A stretch of 15,948 nt of DNA, taken from IMG/VR virus record IMGVR_UViG_2617271049_000005. One strand, 5' to 3'. Shown here piece after piece: positions 1 to 7,240 of this stretch; positions within the stretch are counted from its first letter, which is position 1; every line of letters begins with the position of its first letter. A program made the position numbers and the translations under genes. The notes below the pieces were generated by a model. That model searched no databases and was not told the origin of the DNA. It saw only the letters and a list, made by a program, of their open reading frames with translations. Source of the DNA: a virus. Its lineage: Duplodnaviria; Heunggongvirae; Uroviricota; Caudoviricetes.

Positions 1-38
1 TTTAATCGTGAAGGTTTTCCCGGACTGACTGACGCCGG

Positions 39-893
39 TCAGCAGTTCGTCATCAGGGCGTCACCGCCACCACCGGTGGCCTTGCTGCGGCGCTGCTGGG
101 TCAGACTTTCGGTGTTGTCGAGACTGTTTTTCAGGCGGCTGAATGCCTGACTGGTTTTATCCGCCCTGTCAGTCACCTCCTGCTTAAGTGCGGAAAAGGC
201 GGTTTCCACCTCAGCGAGGCGCTGCTCAGTGGCGCTCAGTTTTTCCTGCACATGTTCAGCAACAGCGGTCACCGCTTCATGCACGTCATTCAGACGGGCG
301 TCATCGCTGGCCTGTTTGCGGCCAAAAATGGATTTCACCTTTTCGGTCAGGGCGGTGAACACGGTTTCAGGCAGGTCTTCAAATTCCAGCTCAACAGGCG
401 TTGCCACTGAAATCAGGTTTTCAGGGCTTAATTTGAAGCGGTTCAGGGGGTTGTGTTTTGCCGTGCGGCAGAATTCCAGGTATTCCGTACCGAGGCTTGC
501 CGGGTCATCGGTGACGGCCAGCCCCACCAGATAACATTTGCCGGTGTTGGCAAAGTTCGGCTGAATTTCCATTGAGGTGTAGACCTTCTGCGCGGCCTTG
601 TTCATCGCGATAAGGTCATCGGTCGGGGTGATTTTCGCAAACAGCGCCCATTTGCCTTTCAGCGCCGAATCATCGTCAATCTTTTCGGCCTTCAGTTCGA
701 CCACATCGCCATAACGTTTAAAAATACCGTCAGGCAGGATGCCGCGCAGATGTTCCAGGTTAATGCGGCAACCATAGACACGCGGGTCAAAGGTTTCCGC
801 CATTTCCTGAATATCCTGCGCACTGATGACACGCCCGTCACAGGTGTCACCCTCAACGCCGATACGAAAGAATTTTGAGACTTTTTTTGCCAT
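39..893 (-). CDS. O: capsid scaffolding protein gpO
   Basis: Minus-strand ORF 39..959. Starting at the internal ATG (893..891, protein MAKKVSKFFRIGVEGD...) gives 284 aa, the recalled size of P2 gpO. Divergent from P, as in P2. The longer 306-aa ORF start is probably an upstream alternative start artefact. Confidence 0.8.
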   Translation of the reverse strand: MAKKVSKFFRIGVEGDTCDGRVISAQDIQEMAETFDPRVYGCRINLEHLRGILPDGIFKRYGDVVELKAEKIDDDSALKGKWALFAKITPTDDLIAMNKAAQKVYTSMEIQPNFANTGKCYLVGLAVTDDPASLGTEYLEFCRTAKHNPLNRFKLSPENLISVATPVELEFEDLPETVFTALTEKVKSIFGRKQASDDARLNDVHEAVTAVAEHVQEKLSATEQRLAEVETAFSALKQEVTDRADKTSQAFSRLKNSLDNTESLTQQRRSKATGGGGDALMTNC

Positions 894-1066
894 TGTCAGG
901 AGTCCTGAATAGTGAGTAGAGGAGTCACATGTCGGCATCAGTTTCCCGACGATGCGCATCCTCCGCCATCAGTCCCGGATGGCTTATCACTGACACAACA
1001 GCACCTTAGCGAATCGCGGGGCGCGACTCAGTAGCCTTGCCGTGTATTCATCACGGCGAGGTATTC
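894..1066. promoter_or_regulatory. divergent late promoter region between O and P
   Basis: 173-bp gap between divergently transcribed O and P, where P2 places its Ogr-dependent late promoters. I found no clean TGT-N12-ACA Ogr site by eye, so this is positional inference only. A CCGTG-N7-CACGG dyad lies at about 1040..1058. Confidence 0.3.
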
Positions 1067-2839
1067 ATGACCATCACCACAGACACCACTCTTTTACACG
1101 ACCCGCGTCGTCAGGCGGCGCTGCTGTACTGGCAGGGGTTTTCCGTGCCGCAGATTGCCGCCATGTTGCAGATGAAACGTCCGACGGTGCAGAGCTGGAA
1201 ACAGCGCGACGGCTGGGACAGCGTTGCCCCCATCAGCCGTGTCGAAATGAGTCTGGAAGCGCGACTGACCCAGCTCATCATCAAACCGCAGAAAACCGGT
1301 GGTGACTTCAAGGAAATTGACCTGCTGGGACGCCAGATTGAACGACTGGCACGGGTAAACCGTTACAGTCAGACCGGCAACGAGGCAGACCTTAATCCGA
1401 ACGTCGCTAACCGCAACAAAGGCGGGCGTCGCAAACCGAAAAAGAATTTTTTCAGTGACGAGGCCATCGAAAAGCTGGAGCAGATTTTCTTTGAGCAGTC
1501 TTTCGACTATCAGTTGCACTGGTATCGCGCCGGGCTTGAGCACCGCATCCGCGATATCCTGAAATCCCGCCAGATTGGCGCGACGTTTTATTTTTCCCGC
1601 GAGGCGCTGCTGCGCGCCCTGAAAACCGGTCATAACCAGATTTTTCTGTCGGCCAGTAAAACGCAGGCGTATGTGTTCCGCGAATACATCATCGCCTTTG
1701 CCCGGCTGGTTGACGTTGACCTGACCGGTGACCCGATTGTCCTGGGCAATAACGGTGCAAAACTGATTTTTCTCGGCACCAACTCCAACACCGCGCAGAG
1801 CCATAACGGCGACCTGTACGTCGACGAGATTTTCTGGATCCCGAATTTTCAGGTACTGCGTAAGGTGGCATCAGGTATGGCCTCACAGAGTCACCTGCGT
1901 TCGACCTATTTCTCCACCCCGTCCACGCTGGCGCACGACGCCTACCCGTTCTGGTCGGGTGAACTGTTCAACCGGGGACGCGCCAGCGCCGCCGAACGCG
2001 TGGAAATCGACGTCAGTCATAACGCCCTTGCCGGTGGGCTTCTCTGTGCGGACGGCCAGTGGCGACAGATTGTCACCATTGAGGACGCCCTGAAAGGTGG
2101 CTGCACGCTGTTCGACATTGAGCAGCTCAAACGCGAAAACAGCGCCGACGATTTTAAAAACCTGTTCATGTGTGAATTTGTTGACGACAAGGCGTCGGTG
2201 TTCCCGTTCGAGGAGCTGCAACGCTGCATGGTCGACACGCTGGAAGAATGGGAAGACTATGCGCCGTTTGCCGCGAATCCGTTCGGCTCCCGCCCGGTAT
2301 GGATTGGTTACGACCCGTCACACCGTGGCGACAGTGCCGGATGCGTGGTGCTGGCACCGCCGGTGGTGGCCGGTGGCAAATTCAGAATACTTGAGCGTCA
2401 CCAGTGGAAAGGCATGGACTTTGCCACTCAGGCGGAATCCATCCGCAAACTCACCGAAAAATACAACGTCGAATACATCGGTATTGATGCCACCGGCCTC
2501 GGTGTCGGCGTGTTCCAGCTCGTGCGCTCGTTCTATCCCGCCGCGCGCGACATCCGCTACACGCCGGAAATGAAAACCGCAATGGTGCTCAAGGCAAAAG
2601 ACGTCATCCGCCGTGGCTGTCTGGAATATGACGTCAGCGCCACCGACATCACCAGCTCGTTTATGGCTATCCGCAAGACCATAACCAGCAGCGGACGCAG
2701 CGCCACCTATGAGGCCAGCCGCAGCGAGGAAGCCAGCCACGCCGACCTCGCCTGGGCGACCATGCACGCCCTGTTAAATGAGCCACTCACCGCCGGTATC
2801 AGCACCCCGCTGACATCCACCATTCTGGAGTTTTACTGA
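1067..2839 (+). CDS. P: terminase ATPase (large) subunit gpP
   Basis: ORF 1037..2839. The ATG at 1067 (MTITTDTTLL...) is preceded by GAGGT at about 6 nt and gives 590 aa, the recalled size of P2 gpP. Its stop overlaps the Q start (TGATG). Confidence 0.85.
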   Translation: MTITTDTTLLHDPRRQAALLYWQGFSVPQIAAMLQMKRPTVQSWKQRDGWDSVAPISRVEMSLEARLTQLIIKPQKTGGDFKEIDLLGRQIERLARVNRYSQTGNEADLNPNVANRNKGGRRKPKKNFFSDEAIEKLEQIFFEQSFDYQLHWYRAGLEHRIRDILKSRQIGATFYFSREALLRALKTGHNQIFLSASKTQAYVFREYIIAFARLVDVDLTGDPIVLGNNGAKLIFLGTNSNTAQSHNGDLYVDEIFWIPNFQVLRKVASGMASQSHLRSTYFSTPSTLAHDAYPFWSGELFNRGRASAAERVEIDVSHNALAGGLLCADGQWRQIVTIEDALKGGCTLFDIEQLKRENSADDFKNLFMCEFVDDKASVFPFEELQRCMVDTLEEWEDYAPFAANPFGSRPVWIGYDPSHRGDSAGCVVLAPPVVAGGKFRILERHQWKGMDFATQAESIRKLTEKYNVEYIGIDATGLGVGVFQLVRSFYPAARDIRYTPEMKTAMVLKAKDVIRRGCLEYDVSATDITSSFMAIRKTITSSGRSATYEASRSEEASHADLAWATMHALLNEPLTAGISTPLTSTILEFY

Positions 2840-3876
2840 TGAGCAAGAAAAAAGGGAAAACACCGCAACCTGCGGCAAAAAAAATGACCGCCAGCGCCCC
2901 GAAAATGGAGGCATTCACCTTTGGTGAGCCGGTGCCGGTACTCGACCGCCGTGACATTCTGGATTACGTCGAGTGCATCAGTAACGGCAGATGGTATGAG
3001 CCGCCGGTCAGCTTTACCGGTCTGGCGAAAAGCCTGCGTGCTGCCGTGCATCACAGCTCGCCGATTTACGTCAAACGCAATATTCTGGCCTCGACATTTA
3101 TCCCGCATCCGTGGCTTTCCCAGCAGGATTTCAGCCGCTTTGTGCTGGATTTTCTGGTGTTCGGTAATGCGTTTCTGGAAAAGCGTTACAGCACCACCGG
3201 TAAGGTCATCAGACTGGAAACCTCACCGGCAAAATATACCCGCCGTGGCGTGGAGGAGGATGTTTACTGGTGGGTGCCGTCCTTCAACGAGCCGACAGCC
3301 TTCACGCCCGGCTCCGTGTTTCACCTGCTGGAGCCGGATATTAATCAGGAGCTGTACGGCCTGCCGGAATATCTCAGCGCCCTTAACTCTGCCTGGCTGA
3401 ATGAGTCGGCCACGCTGTTCCGCCGCAAGTATTACGAAAATGGCGCACATGCCGGATACATCATGTACGTCACCGATGCCGTGCAGGATCGCAACGATAT
3501 CGAAATGCTTCGCGAAAACATGGTTAAGTCGAAAGGCCGCAATAACTTTAAAAATCTGTTTCTCTATGCCCCGCAGGGGAAAGCCGACGGCATTAAAATT
3601 ATCCCGCTCAGTGAAGTGGCGACGAAGGACGATTTTTTTAATATCAAAAAAGCCAGCGCCGCAGACCTGCTGGACGCGCACCGCATCCCCTTTCAGTTGA
3701 TGGGCGGCAAGCCGGAGAACGTCGGGTCGCTGGGTGATATTGAGAAAGTGGCAAAGGTCTTTGTCCGCAATGAGCTTATCCNNNNNNNNNNACTGAACAT
3801 CGCCGCCTGCGGGCGGCTTTTTTACATCCCGTCATCACGCCCTCACACGCTCACAACCGCACAAAACACTCCTTAG
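2839..3876 (+). CDS. Q: portal protein gpQ (3' end uncertain because of N run)
   Basis: ORF 2839..3876, 345 aa including 4 X from the 10-nt N run at 3782..3791. Recalled P2 gpQ is about 344 aa. Translationally coupled to P. The frame after the N run cannot be verified; an alternative frame would stop at about 3794..3796. Confidence 0.7.
   Translation: MSKKKGKTPQPAAKKMTASAPKMEAFTFGEPVPVLDRRDILDYVECISNGRWYEPPVSFTGLAKSLRAAVHHSSPIYVKRNILASTFIPHPWLSQQDFSRFVLDFLVFGNAFLEKRYSTTGKVIRLETSPAKYTRRGVEEDVYWWVPSFNEPTAFTPGSVFHLLEPDINQELYGLPEYLSALNSAWLNESATLFRRKYYENGAHAGYIMYVTDAVQDRNDIEMLRENMVKSKGRNNFKNLFLYAPQGKADGIKIIPLSEVATKDDFFNIKKASAADLLDAHRIPFQLMGGKPENVGSLGDIEKVAKVFVRNELIXXXXLNIAACGRLFYIPSSRPHTLTTAQNTP
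3802..3823 (+). terminator. candidate intrinsic terminator (GC hairpin plus T6) near the 3' end of the Q-P operon
   Basis: GCCGCC (3802..3807), loop TGCG, GGCGGC (3812..3817), then TTTTTT (3818..3823). It lies inside the annotated Q reading frame downstream of the N run, so either the Q frame is mis-set by the gap or the hairpin sits in the last codons. Confidence 0.35.
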
Positions 3877-3965
3877 ACACACCAACGCCCCGACGCACAA
3901 TCTAAACGCCATCACGACGCGCTCAGACGCTGAAAAAATAAAATCAGCACCACCGCCAGCGCGCA

Positions 3966-3984
3966 GTGCTTTCCCCGCCTCGCC
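3966..3984. other. cos: cos site, 19-nt cohesive-end sequence
   Basis: GTGCTTTCCCCGCCTCGCC at 3966..3984 is the exact reverse complement of the P2/186 cohesive end as I recall it (GGCGAGGCGGGGAAAGCAC). Position between Q and old matches P2. Confidence 0.7.
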
Positions 3985-4178
3985 CGCCCGCTTCACGGGG
4001 CGGTTTTAATGCACCTTAATAAAACTAATGAGCCATCAGTATTTCCAGTCAAAAGCCAAGCCATATCACAGTTTCCCTTAATGCAATCTCATGCACCCTT
4101 GAATGCAACGACTATAAAATGTAAAAAAGCGTTTCGTATGAACTCATTGCATACAAATAGCACATTTAAGGAAAAATA

Positions 4179-5939
4179 ATGACTGTACGTCTTGCTTCAG
4201 TTTCAATTAGCAACTTTCGTTCTTGTAAGTCAACATCGGCTATTTTGCGCCCCTTCACTGCTTTAGTTGGTTATAATAACGCAGGAAAATCAAATATTAT
4301 CTTAGCAATTAAGTGGCTGTTAGATGGCTCTTTGATTTCAGAATCAGATGTGTACGATCCTACACACCCCGTATCCGTTGAAGGCGTTATTCAAGGTATA
4401 ACAGATGATACTCTGTCTTTGTTAACAGAAGAGAATCAACAAAAAATAGCTCCGTTTATAATTGACGGGACTCTTACCTTTGCAAGAAGACAGGAATTTA
4501 ATAAGGAAACAGGAAAAGCCAAAAAAAGTCTGGATGTATATGACGGTACCACGTGGAAGAAAAACCCTGGCGGCATAGATGGTGCAATCTCCAATATATT
4601 TCCGGAACCAATTCATATCCCTGCAATGTCTGACGCTGTCGAAGACTCAACAAAATGCAAAAACACGACCACAATAGGAAAGATACTTTCCGCAATTGTT
4701 TCTGAAATAAAACAAGAACACGAAGAAAAATTTTCAAAAAACATATCAGAAATAGGTAAATATCTTTCTCACAACGGTGAGAACAGATTAGAAAGCCTTA
4801 ATAAAATAGACTCAGGTGTAAATAAAAAAGTAAACCAATTTTTTCCTGACGTAAGTGTAAAGTTACACTTTCCCACACCGACATTAGATGAGATATTTAA
4901 ATCCGGCACTCTGAAAGTTTTTGAGTCTCGGGAAGATGAACCGGTAATGAGAGATATCAGCCGATTTGGTCACGGAACACAACGTTCCATTCAAATGGCA
5001 TTAATTCAATACCTGGCCGAAATAAAAAAAGAAAACAGCGAATCAAAAAAATCAAACACTTTGATTTTCATTGATGAACCTGAGTTATATTTACACCCTT
5101 CAGCCATTAATTCTGTCAGAGAATCACTTGTCACATTAAGTGAATCAGGGTATCAGGTTATAATATCAACTCACTCAGCCAGTATGCTTTCTGCAAAGCA
5201 TGCAGCAAATGCGATTCAGGTTTGTAAGGATTCTAATGGAACCATAGCAAGGAAGACTATATCTGAAAAAATCGAAGAATTATATAAATCTTCATCACCG
5301 CAATTGCACTCAGCATTCACGCTTTCTAATTCATCATACCTTTTATTTTCTGAAGAAGTTTTGCTTGTTGAAGGGAAAACAGAGACAAACGTTCTATATG
5401 CACTTTATAAAAAAATTAACGGACATGAACTCAACCCGAGTAAAATCTGCATTGTTGCCGTTGACGGTAAGGGTAGTTTATTTAAGATGTCACAAATCAT
5501 CAATGCCATCGGCATAAAAACAAGGATTCTAGCTGATTGTGATTTCTTATCAAATATTCTATTAACAGAGCATAAAGACTTACTTAGTACTGAATGTGAT
5601 AATCTATTGACTGCTTTGATTGAATCAATCAACTCAGGAGAGCTTAGTTTAAATACAAAAGTTACTACTTTTGAGTCATTCAAAAGCATTTCAAGCAAAG
5701 ACTTCATCAAAATATGTAACCATGAAAAAACACAAAAGCATATACATGAAATACATCAAAAATTGAAAGATAACGGAATCTATATATGGAAATCCGGTGA
5801 TATAGAGGCTGTTTATGGATTTGGTAAAAAACAAACTGAATGGGATAGTCTTTTAGATTGTTTATGTGATGAAAGCAAAGATGTTAGAGCAGTAATAAAA
5901 AAATATGATGAAATGGAAGATTTCATAAAATGGATTTAA
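4179..5939 (+). CDS. old: OLD-family ATP-dependent nuclease (ABC-type ATPase plus C-terminal TOPRIM); probable P2 Old
   Basis: 586 aa, the recalled size of P2 Old. Walker A GYNNAGKS near the N-terminus, signature-like GHGTQRS, Walker B LIFIDEPELYLHP, H-loop-like ISTHS, TOPRIM glutamate LLVEGKTE and DxD in ILADCDF. SD AAGGA 6 nt before ATG. Visibly AT-rich. Sits next to cos as old does in P2. Confidence 0.85.
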   Translation: MTVRLASVSISNFRSCKSTSAILRPFTALVGYNNAGKSNIILAIKWLLDGSLISESDVYDPTHPVSVEGVIQGITDDTLSLLTEENQQKIAPFIIDGTLTFARRQEFNKETGKAKKSLDVYDGTTWKKNPGGIDGAISNIFPEPIHIPAMSDAVEDSTKCKNTTTIGKILSAIVSEIKQEHEEKFSKNISEIGKYLSHNGENRLESLNKIDSGVNKKVNQFFPDVSVKLHFPTPTLDEIFKSGTLKVFESREDEPVMRDISRFGHGTQRSIQMALIQYLAEIKKENSESKKSNTLIFIDEPELYLHPSAINSVRESLVTLSESGYQVIISTHSASMLSAKHAANAIQVCKDSNGTIARKTISEKIEELYKSSSPQLHSAFTLSNSSYLLFSEEVLLVEGKTETNVLYALYKKINGHELNPSKICIVAVDGKGSLFKMSQIINAIGIKTRILADCDFLSNILLTEHKDLLSTECDNLLTALIESINSGELSLNTKVTTFESFKSISSKDFIKICNHEKTQKHIHEIHQKLKDNGIYIWKSGDIEAVYGFGKKQTEWDSLLDCLCDESKDVRAVIKKYDEMEDFIKWI

Positions 5940-6113
5940 CTTAATCTGATACTATTACAGCACAGTACTAAACCAATAGTGATAGGCTGTGCTTTACCCA
6001 AGGATGGTGATTTCAAAATCAGAATGTGCTATAAGTACGTCAATCTAGTAACCTAAACACACAAACAAATCAATCATTAAGATTTATAATTCTGGAATAT
6101 AAAAGGTGTTGAT

Positions 6114-6875
6114 ATGAAGAACATGGATATTGTGAAAGCTGTAAAAGATGGAATGAAAAAGTCAGCCGACGCAACTTATTTAATGGATTTCAGTTCTGGT
6201 GCAAAAATAAACACTGAATATGTAGCTACCGTATCTATAGGTCTATCGTTGTTAGAAATAAAATCTTTTCGCCATGGTGATTACAAAGTTATATTTGAGT
6301 ACCATACAAATAAATTCATTAATGCAACAGTTCCTTTATCGAAACGGTCTGACCCCCAAAAAATATTCTCAAAAAAAACTGTCAGAAAAAACACAAACAC
6401 AACAAGATCAGGCAGAATTGATATTGCCATATTGGACAGCAGACCATTTTTCGACATTCCAATATGTGCAATAGAAGTTAAAGGAAATGCCCCCTGTAAA
6501 AGTCTTTTATTTTCTGACATAAGAAGAAATCTTGAATACTTTAAACACACAGGCCCTACAGGAAATTCAAGTCTTGGCCTAGCATTAAACTGTTCATTCC
6601 ATTCATACAATGATTCAACTAAAAAAAATTACTGCACTACAATCCACCATAAGGAAGACATGATAAGGAAATTAAAAAACAAATATAAAAAATACATATC
6701 CGAATTAAATGAAGAAATTCCAGACGATATATCTGTTACAATTGATGTTTTTACAGCAGCAGAGCATTTACTATCTCCTGATGCTGACCAATATGAATAC
6801 GAATCACATATAGATGACTTACATTTGACGCTTGGCGTTATGGTTATATTCGAACGAAAATCGATACTCAATTGA
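6114..6875 (+). CDS. tin: Tin-position cargo protein with PD-(D/E)xK-like motif; probable P2 Tin
   Basis: 253 aa, about 29 kDa, which fits my recollection of P2 Tin. Very AT-rich. SD AGGTG 5 nt before ATG and a TATAAT at 6085..6090. Lies between old and orf91/A as tin does in P2. Motif RIDIAILD...ICAIEVKG (D103/D108, E121-x-K123). Identity as Tin is by synteny and size only. Confidence 0.55.
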   Translation: MKNMDIVKAVKDGMKKSADATYLMDFSSGAKINTEYVATVSIGLSLLEIKSFRHGDYKVIFEYHTNKFINATVPLSKRSDPQKIFSKKTVRKNTNTTRSGRIDIAILDSRPFFDIPICAIEVKGNAPCKSLLFSDIRRNLEYFKHTGPTGNSSLGLALNCSFHSYNDSTKKNYCTTIHHKEDMIRKLKNKYKKYISELNEEIPDDISVTIDVFTAAEHLLSPDADQYEYESHIDDLHLTLGVMVIFERKSILN

Positions 6876-6913
6876 TATCATTTGTGGCTTAGAATAATTT
6901 GCTTATTTACAAT

Positions 6914-7240
6914 TTAAAGCAAATATATTGCCACCGTTCTTCGCCTTAGATTTATAAAAAATGTGGAGGATACTGCCAGCTTGACAGTCAGCGGCAGTAT
7001 CTCACCTAGTATTCTGTGCAGCAAGACATAATCTTCCAGCCAGTCTGACAGGTCAGTAACATCTGTTATCCGGGCTTCAACCTTTCGCCCCGTAAACACA
7101 CCCTGCACCCATTCATGCAAAATCAACGTGTCCCCGCGCTCATAATTACGATCTTTTTTCCGAAACTCTGCGCGTTTCTTTCCTTCCAGTACAAGGTCGA
7201 AATATTTTGCGTGCAGCTTTACCTCGTGAATTTTTGCCAT
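6914..7240 (-). CDS. ASCH-like small protein in the P2 orf91 position, translationally coupled to A
   Basis: ATG at 7240..7238 overlaps the A stop (TGATG on the minus strand) and gives 108 aa (MAKIHEVKLHAKYFDLVLEGKKRAEFRKKD...). Contains the ASCH-type GxKxxExR signature (GKKRAEFR). The longer 120-aa ORF start lies inside A. Confidence 0.6.
   Translation of the reverse strand: MAKIHEVKLHAKYFDLVLEGKKRAEFRKKDRNYERGDTLILHEWVQGVFTGRKVEARITDVTDLSDWLEDYVLLHRILGEILPLTVKLAVSSTFFINLRRRTVAIYLL

Noticed and set aside
229-534. 101-aa plus-strand ORF
   Set aside because: Entirely antisense within gpO. Composition typical of a GC-rich antisense frame, with no RBS context.
1094-2767. Several minus-strand and alternative-frame ORFs (1094..1804, 1883..2221, 2097..2573, 2318..2767 and others)
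   Set aside because: All embedded within or antisense to the terminase gene P. They are open frames expected in GC-rich coding DNA.
2833-3700. ORFs 2833..3108(-), 2921..3400(+), 3223..3681(-), 3401..3700(+)
   Set aside because: Overlap the portal gene Q in other frames or antisense. No independent support.
3782-3791. Run of 10 N within the Q coding region (and a second identical-length run at 10156..10165 within orf81)
   Set aside because: Ambiguous or masked bases, not biology. They only limit confidence in the Q 3' end and the orf81 frame. Not a deletion or an insertion-element scar.
4422-5710. Short minus-strand ORFs inside old (4422..4616, 4498..4737, 5405..5710)
   Set aside because: Antisense to a strongly supported OLD-family gene. 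Low-complexity AT-rich translations.
6274-6871. ORFs 6274..6474(+), 6281..6610(-), 6629..6871(-) inside the tin-position gene
   Set aside because: Overlapping or antisense frames of the 253-aa cargo gene. No start-site support.
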